Source: a virus
Taxonomy: Duplodnaviria; Heunggongvirae; Uroviricota; Caudoviricetes
Reading direction: 5' to 3' (one strand)
Virus record (IMG/VR): IMGVR_UViG_3300028805_000065
Location: 10,988-74,987 of that record
DNA: 64,000 nucleotides
Made by a program: the position numbers and the translations under genes. The notes beneath the pieces are model-generated. The model did no database searches. It saw only the letters and a list, made by a program, of their open reading frames with translations, and was not told the DNA's origin. Positions 48,301-59,749 of this stretch are shown piece by piece. The first letter of the stretch is position 1. Each line of letters opens with the position of its first letter.

Positions 48301-48549
48301 AATAAACTTGAAATCTTTAATCTTATTCCAGTCTTTATATTCAACGCCATCGACAACCTTGTACACATCAAAGGACAACTCAGCAACGTCTGACAAAGGA
48401 TGTGTAATATTAATACTTCTTACGTTTTGAATTGCGCCAATCTTATTTCCGCCTCTTGACGACAGTACAAGAGTGGGTTCAATTGGCTGACCGTCAGCAC
48501 CGATTTCTATTAAACTATTGTTTAATGATTTCAAAACATCTAAGTTCAT
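45301..48549 (-). CDS. Tal-like tail protein (baseplate hub)
   Basis: Follows Dit. N-terminal LSFDVYK / WF...V.LDE pattern, central coiled coil, GI.AD.VIG.L segment. Confidence 0.75.
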   Translation of the reverse strand: MNLDVLKSLNNSLIEIGADGQPIEPTLVLSSRGGNKIGAIQNVRSINITHPLSDVAELSFDVYKVVDGVEYKDWNKIKDFKFIQIPYNNTWFEAKVTLDEEDDIVKHVTCVHANEAELGQLNLYEVEINTDADIERDDYEETFFYDEDNPKASLLHRVLSDKAPHYQIYHVDDSLKGLWRQFSFNGTSIQDALNQIAEEVGCLFVYGEWAENDGKYHRTISAYDLEDYCNECGKRGNYSEHVCTNCGSTNITYGYGEDTGIFISRENLATSINYESNTDNLKNCFRLVAGDDVMTAAIKSCNPSMSQYIWYFSDDMLDDMSDELRQKVTEYQQLVSDYQTTRNMSVARVHVDNYNSLVRKYSAYSDELYEIEYPIVGTSKLTEAYYDGVNLYGFIKSELMPTSEKVDSTTAFEQLEILQSDGNLDEVGISSVSGTIPYTSANSAIQSYAKVFIDTSRYKITVFTHDITGTQWSGEITIQSYTDDEDKATDDFVITLFDSTSNDKYAEWLNQSVQKAMANREVTDLSVVKLFNSDETLQSFETRIQGYSLDYLSIMDSMATSAITILTEQGVANEDSVNTDIYTQLYKPYLDKSRAIQAEIAVKERELSYLQRPTDDEGNTDPRYPELGLLDVIVIVQNDLSKLLDMQTYLGDELWTELSFYRREDEYQNSNYISDGLTDGEIIEQAQRFVESANKEIIKASTLQHTISAPLIDFLIMPEFIKLQRKFKTGNWIHLEVDGNVYKLRLTNWTIDFDSIEDLDVEFSDVIRVGGSISDIASILSKSRSMATTYDYTAKQAIKGKDANETIKIYKDYGIDFRKIKAITSKGNTNIVYDDDGILLKRVDGTETLPEQARIYNNGIYITKDAWETVSTGLGHYSYVDPETGETVETYGIIADTVIGKLILGENLKIYSESGKFEMGNDGLKITAVDGDDNTDLFVIQKEKTDEQGRPYVEKYIYVDSNGDVQIAGDSITIGGLPIIEYIDDAIDEAEIDVSLPITIQIDSSAGVIFKNKNISTILTATVYKGGEDITSEVTEFKWTKKNSDGTIDTSWSRYTTSNTITINTDDVMSKAIFGCEVTIQQ

Positions 48550-49358
48550 ACGATCACCACCTTTGCGTATGGTGAGTACCTGATTTCATATGTGATTGAA
48601 AGGTTCGTGTGCAATACATTTGCCACAGAACCAAACATATTGTTTACCCTGTAATATACATAATTAAAATCATCTGCAATCTTATGAGATGCTAATGAAG
48701 ACGAAATCTGTTGGTTTTTATCTATTGTGATAACCTCATTTGCCTTACAGTTTTTAATAACTGTTTCCCTTTCGTCATTATTCTTTAAAGTCAAATCACC
48801 GTTTTCATTGACAGTTATTGTTATGTCTGGATAAATCCATCCAATCTCGTCCGATGTGCAGTTGTATTCTAATGATTCGTTTGCATTTAAACTTCCGCTG
48901 AGTACGACATCTTCCTTATATCCGAATGGTGCATCGCATTCAAATTTTAAACTTGCCCCCACACGACCATCGCCAAGTACATATTCCTCAACATTAAAAC
49001 TGCCCATCCAATAAATACCATTATATTCATTGCCGACAACAGTCAACTTGTGAGGGGAGTGCCTGACAAGCCATCTTTTTAAATACGCCATATCGCTCAA
49101 CGTGATTGTGTAAGACTCCTTTGACATGCTTTGTCTTCCATTAACACATATATTTTTTGCAATATGGAACTCCATCTCAAGCGGATCTTCATAAACAGAA
49201 GTGATGTATGGCTGACGCTTTCCACCCATCATGGGCGCATGATTGTACGAAAGCTGTGAGTCAGTATCAATTTCTCCACCTTTAGAACCATCAAATGAGA
49301 CAATCATATAGCCCAAATCACTGAGTCTCAATCCATCATAAATAAAATCTGTAACCAT
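48546..49358 (-). CDS. distal tail protein (Dit)
   Basis: DFIYDG.RLSDLG, YED.LE.EF.I, RWL, F.CDAPFGY, YPD..I; follows TMP. Confidence 0.85.
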   Translation of the reverse strand: MVTDFIYDGLRLSDLGYMIVSFDGSKGGEIDTDSQLSYNHAPMMGGKRQPYITSVYEDPLEMEFHIAKNICVNGRQSMSKESYTITLSDMAYLKRWLVRHSPHKLTVVGNEYNGIYWMGSFNVEEYVLGDGRVGASLKFECDAPFGYKEDVVLSGSLNANESLEYNCTSDEIGWIYPDITITVNENGDLTLKNNDERETVIKNCKANEVITIDKNQQISSSLASHKIADDFNYVYYRVNNMFGSVANVLHTNLSITYEIRYSPYAKVVIV

Positions 49359-49375
49359 AACTCACCCCCTATATA

Positions 49376-49588
49376 TTATTCATCGAGATCTAATTCTTTA
49401 TCTTTAACAAGTCCATCTCGTATTTCTTTTATTTCTTGTAAAAATAATTTAGCCTCTCGTATTAGTCCATCTAATTGTTCATGTTTTGCTTTAAGCAGTT
49501 CAAGCGACTCGTTATATTCTTTTGCCAACTCGTCAACTTGACCTATGTCTTTGTTCTTTTTCTTCTTTTTATCTTTATCTTTAGCCAT
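49376..49588 (-). CDS. small Lys-rich coiled-coil protein
   Basis: AAAGGA RBS before the ATG at 49588 (MAKDKDKKKKK...). Confidence 0.55.
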   Translation of the reverse strand: MAKDKDKKKKKNKDIGQVDELAKEYNESLELLKAKHEQLDGLIREAKLFLQEIKEIRDGLVKDKELDLDE

Positions 49589-49634
49589 CCTTTTTCTCCA
49601 AATAAATAGACTGGCAGATTTCTCTGCCAGCCAT

Positions 49635-52075
49635 TTAAACTCTAATCGCATTTTTTGCCAGTGAACCATGTCCATTAACACGACCCAATGTCATTTCCTG
49701 AATAAGCTTTTCAAATCTCTTGTCCTTACGAAGTGCATCCATAAACTCGGACGGGCTTCTAAGACCACTAAGATTGAATTCAAGATTTACATTGTTACCA
49801 CTTCCATATGTATTATTAACGCCAAGCCCCCTCAGGAACTTCTGAGGATTGTTGGCGAAATCCCACATGTTTTGCGTGGCGTTATTATTTAAAACAGTAT
49901 CGTTTGTATTGAGGCGTGTAAGGATAGCACCATCAGACTTTCTTATAATAGTCTCAGGCGCTCCCTCGTTTGTCCAATACATTCCATTGGACGGTACAGA
50001 CCTTACGCCACTCTTATAACCTTTCCATTTACCATTTGCGTCAAATGTAAGCCAACCTCTGTTGGTCTTCTTCTTCCCATTGACAACTCTTGTACCGTCA
50101 GCACCAACATAATAGTCGCCCTTAACTGGTTTGGTAGTTATCGCACCATTATGTATCCACTGAGATACAACTCTTTTATTGGTTTTGGGGTCAAAGAAAA
50201 ACCATTTTCCAGAATCTGTCTTAAGCCAACCACTCGCGGCTTTGCCATTAGCGCCAAAATGATATAATCCGTCACCAACTTGTCTCCAAGTATTTTTAAC
50301 CATAGCGCCACTATTGGTATCAAAATAATATTTTGAACCATTTACGGTTTGAAGTCCTTTTTTGTTAACGCCATTACTATCAAAATAGAATTGTTTGTCG
50401 TTAATGGTTTGTATGCCAGTTAACGCTTCTCCGTTCTTATTAAAACGATACAAGTTGCCACCAATACTTCTCCAAGCATTAGTAGCCCTTGAGCCGTCTT
50501 TATCCAAATAGTATTTCTTGCTACCAACGTTAACCCACTGAGAACCACTCATCATTTGACCATTGGCAAAACGATAGTACTTACCACCATTATTTACCCA
50601 ACCAGTAAAAGATGTGTCGAGAGTACCGTCATCTTTAAAATACCCGGTCTTTGTTTTACCGTTACTATCGGTATATGTCTGCATATGACCAGTGCTTCTT
50701 ACCTTTTCAGCCATGATGTTGGCTTGTGCTTTTTGGTCGGCATTTTTCTGCGCAGAAGAGTAGTAGTCGGTGATCAGTTTTACACCGTCCGCAATGCCAG
50801 TTACGCTTTCAACAAATTTGCCATTAACAAAATAAGATGCCAAATCCTTGACAGCAGAAGAGTCAAACATATTTGATGTAGCTTCTGTCATAATATATCC
50901 AACATCATTAGATGCGGTTTTAATAGCATCGACAATCGTTGAAGAATTTACATTAACTCCATCTACTACTGCTTGAATAAGTGCGTCAACATCGTCAAGT
51001 CTTGCGTTAAGAATATTTTCATATTCTTCCTGTAAATCAGACAATAACTTCTTCGTCTGAGACATACGACGTTCTTCCTCGGTTTGTGCTAAAGTGTCTT
51101 GCGCATTCTTCAGGTCGTTTCTCAACTTCTGTCTACGTGACGCACCCTCTTCAGTATCATCGTTTGCATATGCATTTAACTGCTTCTGTATTTTGTTTAC
51201 ATTATTTTGCGCATCTGCGACTTTCTTTGCGTAATCAATTTCATCTTTTTGGGCATCCATCAAATCGGTATATTTAGATATAAGATCCTTTAATGAATCA
51301 ATCTGTTTCTTAATACCATTCTCAACCAAATCGACAATAGACTCTTTATAGTTATTAGCGTCCTCAATCGACTGTCTTTGAGACTCATATAACTCTTGCC
51401 GTCTTTCTATTAAATCTTGGTTGTAAGGATCTTTTGCAAGTTCTTGATTTATCTTTTTGATTTCAGACGCATACTTTTGAGCCTCTTGCATTGCCACGTT
51501 GTACTGCGCAGACAGAATTCCAAACCCGGCTACACCATTACTTGTAACAACGCCTTTCTCGTCATACATCTTGTCCTCATCACCAAGAAGACCATACAAG
51601 AATTCCAATTCGTCCCGTACATTAGAAATAGTTTCAGCGCCTCTATCAAAGATTTCCCAATTCGTCTCACGGATAGACTTATTGAGTTCCTCAATATTCG
51701 CAGTTGTCTCTACAATGCTTTCGCTAATATCGTTTAATGTACTGAGCATTTCATAGTAGCCCTCAGAATTAATCTTGATTTTGCCACTAGCAACCGCCTT
51801 GTCCATTATGGTTTTAAGGCTATTGTACTCAGTTTTCAACTTAGATATCTTTTTCTTTTCTTCGTCAATCTGACGGAGTCTTAACTTATTGGCGGATATT
51901 CTCCCAGTGTTTTCAGCAAGACTTATATAATTGTCAAGTTGGTCATATAAATGTTGATATTGCGCAATCTGATTTTCATAATTTGTTTGATTGAGTTCAA
52001 ACCTCTGATTCCACAAATCAGCTTCATCGGCTTTTAACTTATATACTGCATCACGAGCATCGAGAGCAGCCTCAT
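49635..52075 (-). CDS. tape measure protein, exon 2 (coiled coil + cell-wall-binding repeats)
   Basis: Joins exon 1 in frame as AAG TGG T|AT GAG GCT (KWYEAALD); 6298+2441 = 8739 nt = 2912 aa + stop. Confidence 0.9.
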
Positions 52076-53405
52076 CATTTATATTTTGTCAGTTCGCTAC
52101 GCCGACAGGGTAGTAGTACCCCTCATGTTTTCACATGAGATTAGACTATATCTTTAGGTTTAATTCTTTTATTTTATTGCTAATAATCTCCTTTACATTA
52201 TGTCCATCCCAATATGGGATTCTTAAAATATTTATATTGTTTTGTTTACAATACTCATTTTTAATTTTATCATGCGCAATAGTTATATCATGTGTTGGGA
52301 ACACTTCATAAAAATGATTTTGTCCGTCAAACTCTATAACCAAATTATAATCTTTAATATAAAAATCAAATGGAAGTGGCTTTTTGTCTCTACAATCTTT
52401 GAATCTTTTTTCTGGCTCATAAGAAATACGAAGTTCATCTAATGCTTTTCTTACCTCAATTTCGCCAGAACTTTCTATAGCAACACAAGTAGGGCATCTT
52501 CTTACACCAGCCTTTTTGTAGTTAATATAACTTGTAGTAAAATGTTTTCCACATTTACATCTTATTTTCAGACACCTATCTGTACAATTTGTATACTCAT
52601 TTTCATTACACCATACATTACCATCGTCGGATATCGTTTGTTTGATTATACTTTTATCTATTCTACTGTAATCTCTATTTTTATAAGACTCTACTAAACA
52701 ATCATGACCACGTATAAAATTATCTAACCAAACTTGCGTTACTACACTCGGTGTTTTGATCGTTATATACATACAAACAGTAGTAAGTTCATCTTTTGGT
52801 GTGATTAATTCGTATCCCCTTTTATTACATTCTGCAATTGCCAAGCTATAATTTCTTTCTATTCTAATGTATGCATTTTTAATATTCACCTTTTGGGAAG
52901 CACAGTGTTTACATGCATTTAATTCACCTTTATTAATTGCATTTTTAATAACACAGTATGACGATTCATATTCCTCTCCACAATAATCACACACTGCCCT
53001 CACCTTTGTTTTACTTGTGTCAAATAAATCACATGCCTTGACATAAAAATCATCATTAGCTTTAGTAAAAATATATCCAAGTGCTTCATAATGTTTTCTA
53101 GTATTACCATTCCATTTTACTTTAACCAGTTGTTCTTTATTAAACATATTTTTGCGCAATAAAATAAGCATGGTTTCCCATGCTTTAAATTAAACCTATT
53201 CACCTTTTCGAATTGCCAATCGCTTGCAATTCTACTCCCTTACGGGATAGTCGTTGAGCGTTCCCCTATTCGGGGCTTCGTTGCTGATTGCCACATAACA
53301 TATAATTTTCAAACATTCACGTATAGGTATATTTCATCCTTGCGTTGTAGTTTATATGTCTTCGCAGTTTTCCAGCATTTAAATGAATTGAGTGGCGTGA
53401 ATTCC
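52076..53405 (-). mobile_element. group I intron (IA2-like) with homing endonuclease in L8
   Basis: P1 with U.G at the 5' splice site; P3 AUUCAUUU/AGGUGAAU; P4 UGCUGG/UCAGCA; P7 GACUAU/AUAGUC; P7.1, P7.2, 12-bp P8, P9 GAAA hairpin; terminal G. Confidence 0.93.
52146..53171 (-). CDS. intron-encoded endonuclease (Zn-ribbon repeats + DUF559/Vsr-like PD-(D/E)xK domain)
   Basis: CDYCG, CKHC, CKCG and CPTC knuckles; SSGE..V, LPFDFY, IEFDG.NH, DKIKN.YC, LRIPYW. True start may be the ATG at 53147. Confidence 0.88.
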   Translation of the reverse strand: MLILLRKNMFNKEQLVKVKWNGNTRKHYEALGYIFTKANDDFYVKACDLFDTSKTKVRAVCDYCGEEYESSYCVIKNAINKGELNACKHCASQKVNIKNAYIRIERNYSLAIAECNKRGYELITPKDELTTVCMYITIKTPSVVTQVWLDNFIRGHDCLVESYKNRDYSRIDKSIIKQTISDDGNVWCNENEYTNCTDRCLKIRCKCGKHFTTSYINYKKAGVRRCPTCVAIESSGEIEVRKALDELRISYEPEKRFKDCRDKKPLPFDFYIKDYNLVIEFDGQNHFYEVFPTHDITIAHDKIKNEYCKQNNINILRIPYWDGHNVKEIISNKIKELNLKI

Positions 53406-56400
53406 ACCACTTTCTATATTCTTCAATCTTTTTCCAAGTATCTTCATTCTTGATATCTTGAATATCAATCTCGCCCTTACGAACCTTTGCGGCGAGTTTT
53501 GAATCAAGCCCGACTTTATTAGCTTGTTTAATATAGCGATTATATGCACGTTCTTGTTCTTTGATTTCAGTTCCAACAACATAAAGACTCTTTGATAAAG
53601 CGTCGCTTCTTGTTGTTAGATTGTTAAATACATTAGACGCAACGGTGTCAAAATTAGAAATCATGCGGTCTAAGCGGTCAATGCGGATTTCGATCTTATC
53701 GAGCGTTTCTTTAAAATCTTTAGCTTCATTATTAGCCTTACTAGCGTTTCCGCCACCGCCACCGTTATCATTTCCGCCACCGCCACCGCCACCACTTGAT
53801 GATTTAGATGAAGATGTGGCTTTCTTAAATCTTCCGCCACCAATTGCCGTTGCATGTGCACTTCCCTTAATAGTCCCGTTTGCAAAAGAATTACCAAAAA
53901 CATTGGCATAATTATTAGTCCAACCCTTTGACAGAAGTTCTTTTGTCTGTTGGGCATTAAAGATTATATCGCCTTTTTTAAGTGGCGCACCCATCGTCGG
54001 TTTCCCACCATTGAAAATCATCCACGAATCTTCGGATGGTCTAACAACTATCTCAGCGCCAACTTCATTAATAAGTGCGTTTTCATCCTGTTTTAAACCA
54101 AACTTATTAAGCCCGTTTGCATGTGCAGTTCCACCAACATGTGACATGCCTCTAAACGCAGAGTTTGGCACAGTTCCTTTATAGGCTGGCGGTGATCCCA
54201 CAGTATTTATATAATATGTAATATATCTACTTCCACTGCTAGGCAAATCGTCAACGGCTGATGCACCGTAAACGTTGATATCATAATTGACATTTCTGTC
54301 AAAGTTTGGTGGATTATAATTATCAACCTCTGACGATTCCTTTCCATATGTTACCGTTAACTCTGGTATTTCTTTTGGTGTATATTCATCTACGGCGGTA
54401 CTATCTAATTTTGCTACAACATCTATCGGATTTGGTTCAGCGTCTACGTGTACAGTTTGGTCTGGTATTGTAACACTACTAGAATCAAAATCAGCCCTAA
54501 CAGTAGCACTTGTACTTAAGTCATTTGTAGGCTGTTGATATTGTACTGGTATTGTTACTGTTTGTTTTTCCAGCTTATCAACAATAGCGCTTGCATCGTC
54601 GTTAGCCTCAAAACCAAGAGATACTTTCATATCTTCGGGAAGATTGGCAATTTCCTCAGAAAGTTGTTGTACTTTCTCATCACCCTCGACTGACAAATCG
54701 ATACCGGGCTGTTCATTCATTTCTCCAATCGCCCTGATACGTTGCTGAAGTTCGTCCATCTTACTAAATCCAGCTGATAATGTATCAAAGTTTATTGGTA
54801 CTTCCGCAGTATCGCCAGTAAGTAAATCACGCTTTTTTTGAATCTCATCTATTAAATCACGAAATGCTTCATACGCCGCAGGGTTTACCTTTGGATCTGG
54901 AACATTTTCGCTTAACTCATTAAGTGCATCATCGCATTCTTGTACAGTATCTAAACCATTAACATCTAAGTTTATAGCAGAAGACACATCTAAATTCCCA
55001 ATCTTGCCCTCTTCGTTTGCAAGATTTTTTAATGTATCTTGTGCTTCTGTGGCTCTTTCATTTATTTCACTTAGCGCCTCGGCTGTTTCAGGGGATACAA
55101 AATGTATATCGAAACCATAATCGTTTAACTTTTTAAATGCCGCCTCAACTAAGTCAACACTCATACCAAGTTCATCGGCGAGTTCCTGTGTATCTATACC
55201 CTCTGAAAAATCATAATTACCTTGAGCATCTTTAGTAGCTAACTCTAAATCTACTAGCTTATCAGCAAATGCTACTGCACCCTTTTGCCCCTCTGTAAAG
55301 TATTTCTTAACAACACCAACGCCGTCCTCATATGCTTTGACGACATCATCAATAGATGCGGTTGACAAGTCTTCACCAGAATACAACTGTGCAAGCGCTC
55401 TAAACTCATTTGTGCCAACAAGCCCTTGGTCATATAATTCTTTACCACGTTTGAGAGCGGTATCAACAACGGTATCATACTGATCACCCATTTCTCCGCC
55501 CTTTTGAGCGTCGAGCCATTTTTGATAAGCGCTAGTAGCACCGTCATATGCTGTGGATAAAAGCTTTACATTCTGAAGCCTTGTCTTCCAAGCTTGAATT
55601 TCAGAAGCATTTCCGCTCTCAATAGCCTTATTAAGGTTCTCTTGAGCCTCTTGAATCCTTTTTTCAAACTCAGACTTCATTGTGCGCTCTTGTTCAGCCC
55701 TCATTTCACGAAGAGCCTTTGTGTTTACTATAATACCATCAGCTGTTCTTTCAAATAATCTTTCGGGATTATAAGACTCAAGATCCTTATATGCACTCAT
55801 GATAGTGGCAACATCGCCAGTTAGCGCACCAGTTTCTTTGTCAACACCCATGCTAAGACCACCACTAGCAAATGCGTTAACAAGTGCAGAGTTAACCTTA
55901 TCTATTGTTTCAATAGACTCAGAAGCGCTCTTCATAAAACCGTCAAAAGATTCTTTCGCTAAGTCAATACCATCGCCAGCACCACCAGCGACAACTTCAA
56001 GTTGTGAAAGAAAATCAGCAAAACTTCTAACTGAATCTTCTGTAAAATCAAAATTTGGATCGTATATTTTTGCTAATGCAGATAAATCTTCAAAACCTAC
56101 TCCACCGTTCAACAGAATATTCTGTACATCAACACCATCTAAACCAAGAGCCTTTACATTATTAACAGCTGAGAATATTTCAGACTGATACTTAGCTAAA
56201 TCATTTGATGATTCGGCAATTCCATCTTTAATGATATCGCTAAACTGATAAACTCTTTCTGTTGTTTTTTCTACGCTATTTGCAACTTCATCAAAGAAAT
56301 CCCCATACTCAGCATGAGCGTCTGTTATTTCTTTTACAGTTCCTTTATATTCATCAAGCTGAACTTTGGCTTCATTGATTTTCTCCGCATCACCGCTAAA

Positions 56401-59400
56401 GAGAGCATCGTTATATGCTTGCGCTCTCTCTGCATATTCCATTAATTCATCGCCAAAACCATCTGCATATAATTTTTGTTCCATGTATGCACGATAGTTT
56501 TCCTTATACTCATCCACTATCTTCTTATTGGCATCAAACTGTTTTTGAGCATTATTTATAGCTGTCTGAATTAGACTTTGATCAGAATCATCAACAGTTT
56601 TTTTGAGATCTTCTAATTCATCCATCACCCTATTAATTTCTGATTCAAACTGTGATGCGTCACCTCTAAATACAAATGTGCCATATTGGTTTTTCCAGAA
56701 TTCATTGTCAAATATTTTGTTATATGCCTTTTGAGCCGATTCAGAAAGTTCAAAAGTTTGACCCTCGCCAGTATCAAAATTAGGGTCTTCTATCTTATAA
56801 GTGCGAGTCTTTTGCATCTCGCTCCTTGCTTTTTCGTATCCTTGATAGTTTTCCCTAATATTGCGTTTTGCTTCTTCAGCCGAAATATTTGTTAATAATC
56901 CAAGTTGCGTTTCAAGACTACCGTTAACCAAATCGATTTTGCCAGCTTGTTCACCATATTTAGAATTAATCTCATTTTGCAAGTCAAGCAACTGTTGTTT
57001 AATGCTGATTCGTTGAGATTCCGTAATATTTGCGTTGTTAAGTTGTTCGTTTAATTCGGCATAACGTTCTTTATATTGTTCTATTTCTCCCTTGCCACTA
57101 TTCCAAGAGGTGGTTGCGTTAGAGGTATTACGTTGTATTTCCTCTTGACGACCTTTCCAAATTTTATATAAAGCAAAAGCACCTGCTATACCAGCACCAA
57201 TGCCAAGCGTAAGCGGACTAATATTTGATAAAAGCCCAATAAAAGCATTACTAGCTCCCTCTGCTCCAATAGATACTTCTTCCCAAAGCATACTAAAAGC
57301 AATCTTTAAATCGCCAACATTTTTGATTGTTCTAGGACTAAACAAAGAAAAAGCATCGCCAATATCACTTAAATTTGTAATGCCACTTTTAATTATGCTA
57401 AATGTTTTAGCAATACCAAGACCAGTTATGGCAGTACCAAGAACACCGATATGCTTTACAAGCCCGTCAATTATTTTTATAATCGTTGTTCCAGCGTCAA
57501 CAATACCTTTTATAAAACCAGAGCCAAGTACATCGGCAGATAATTCTTGAAATGCGACATGGAACTTATCAAGACTAGCTTGAATAGACTGATTGTAGAC
57601 TTCAAGCTGTTGATCCATAGAGCCAACACTTTCTGTTGTTGCACCCTTTATAGTATCTTCAACGATATCCCAGTTCTGAAGAGCGGCGGCTAAAACGTTA
57701 GCTCCTCTTTTGCCAGCCAAAAGTTCAAGTAAGTTAGCTTGGTCAATGTCTTCCATCTTGTCATAAACTTGAGCCAACTCTCTGACAATCTGCGTTGTGC
57801 TTTTAAATGTTTTCTCATCAGCCTCTAATATATCCACGCCACTAAGAGCCATAACCTGAGAGCGAAGTTTAGATACAGATTCAACCATTCCACTGGTGTC
57901 TTCACCAGCCTCTTCAAGTTCTGTCTTAGCGCCCCTAATTCTCATTGAGATTGTACGCCATGCATTACCAGCAGATGCCGCATCTTGCGTAACCGAAGTT
58001 GTAGCCGTAATAAGACCGATTGTTTCCTCTAATGAGTTATTAGCCTCTGACATAGCGGCTGAAGATCTTTCAAGACCGTTAATAATTCCAATCGCATCAA
58101 TAGGCTCAGTATCTGCGACATAGTTAATCATATCGCCGACTCTTTTGGCTTCATCTGCGGCAAGACCAAATCCTCTAATAGTTGCTTGCAGACCCTCGGT
58201 AGCAGTATCAACATTCAATCCACTACCGACCTGTGCCAGTTCCGCCGTTACATCGGATAATGTAGTTGCGTCTTTTAATTCGTACCCAAGCCTCGTCCAA
58301 CTTGCGGTAGATTCAATTATACCGTCTATAGTTTGTCCATATTTAGACGCACTGTCTGCGGCTTGGTCGAAATAATTCGTAATCTCAGAAGCGCTTGCCG
58401 TACTAACTTTTCTAAGTTCAGTCATCGCAGTATCTATTTTGATGACTTCTTGCGCCATTTCACGAGGTAATTGTCTTATCTGACTAGTAAGCGCATAAAT
58501 TCCAGTAAATTCACCAATATGTACGAACGCCTTTTTAATCTGATCTCCAAGTGTTAATCCACCAAGACCAGCCGCAGTGATTTCAGCTTTTAAATTCTTA
58601 AACTGATTTACATAACCGTTCAATTCACCTTGCGTCTGAGCATTTCTCATTTTATTGGCAAGGTCTGTCAGCTGATCGCCATACTGCTTGAGTGCCTTTG
58701 AATTGTTCCTTGCCCAAGTTTCAACTTGATTTGCATTCCTTGCGCCAACGCCCTCTGCCAACATTTTTTGGGTATTGGCTCTAACCTCTGTCATAGCGTT
58801 GTTGTAAGTTTTTAGTGATACTTCGGCTTGCTTATAAGCATCAGCTAACTGTTGCCCCTGTAACGCCCCCTGTTGATTTGGGTTGGCAAGGGAGTTTGAA
58901 ATCTCTTGCGTAATCCTATAATATTCCGCAGCCGCATCGGATGCCTTTTTTACCAAATCGGAACTGACGCTATTACTGATTCCCATCAGTCCTTGTTCCA
59001 TTTTGGATATGTTTGCGTCAAATGTACCAGTAATAAAAGATTGGCTGACCCTATCTAATTCTTGTCCAAGCTTCTGTGCCTCTTGTTGCGCTTGCTTAGT
59101 GCCAGCCGTAAAATCAGTAAGATACTGGATATTGGTTTTCCACTCGCCACCTTCTACTCCAAGAAAGTTACCTTGTTTGTCTGTTTTAGCGACCGCCTCT
59201 TTCCACTTACTGGTAAGTGTTACCAGCGTCCCCATATCATTTATTGCCTTGGCAACAAAACTTGTCCCCGTTTCATTAAACTTAATACTCTGAATTTGCA
59301 GACCTTTTTGTTTAATACTGTCCAACTCTTTCTCTAAAGTTTTAAAAACAGCACTACTCGCACCAAGTTCTTTAAGCCCGGAGTTCCCGAAAATCGATAA

Positions 59401-59703
59401 AGTTAAAGAGCCTTTGCCATTTTTTGCACTTACTCTATCAACTATGCCTTTAAGCATATTATTGGCGACTTTTGTTGTATCTATGGCAGCAATATTTTTT
59501 TCAAAACCTTGTGCATACTGTCGCCCCGCTTGAGAGCCAATAGATTGTGCTTGCTTTTGTAAATTGCCCCAAACTGCATTAAACCCACTTGCGTCAACCG
59601 TTATTTTTATCGGTTGTTCCATTGACTTCTTAAATGTTTCGAAGTCTTGTTTAGCTTTACTTAGGTCGGCTATGCCAGTAATTTTGGCTTCAAATTCAGC
59701 CAT
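53406..59703 (-). CDS. tape measure protein, exon 1
   Basis: TP901-type core (MTELRKV...A..YG..ID....S.ASW.RLG), long helical composition, position before Dit. Confidence 0.93.
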
Positions 59704-59723
59704 AGCGTATTCCCCCTTTCAAT

Positions 59724-59746
59724 AAAAAAAAGAGGCGCATAGCCTC
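59724..59746 (-). terminator. intrinsic terminator just upstream of TMP
   Basis: GAGGC-TATGC-GCCTC followed by a T-run on the - strand. Confidence 0.65.
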
Positions 59747-59749
59747 CTC

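Noticed and set aside
49635-59703. Tape-measure gene as a pseudogene or two separate genes disrupted by an inserted nuclease
   Set aside because: A complete group I intron core and an exact in-frame splice junction explain the break.
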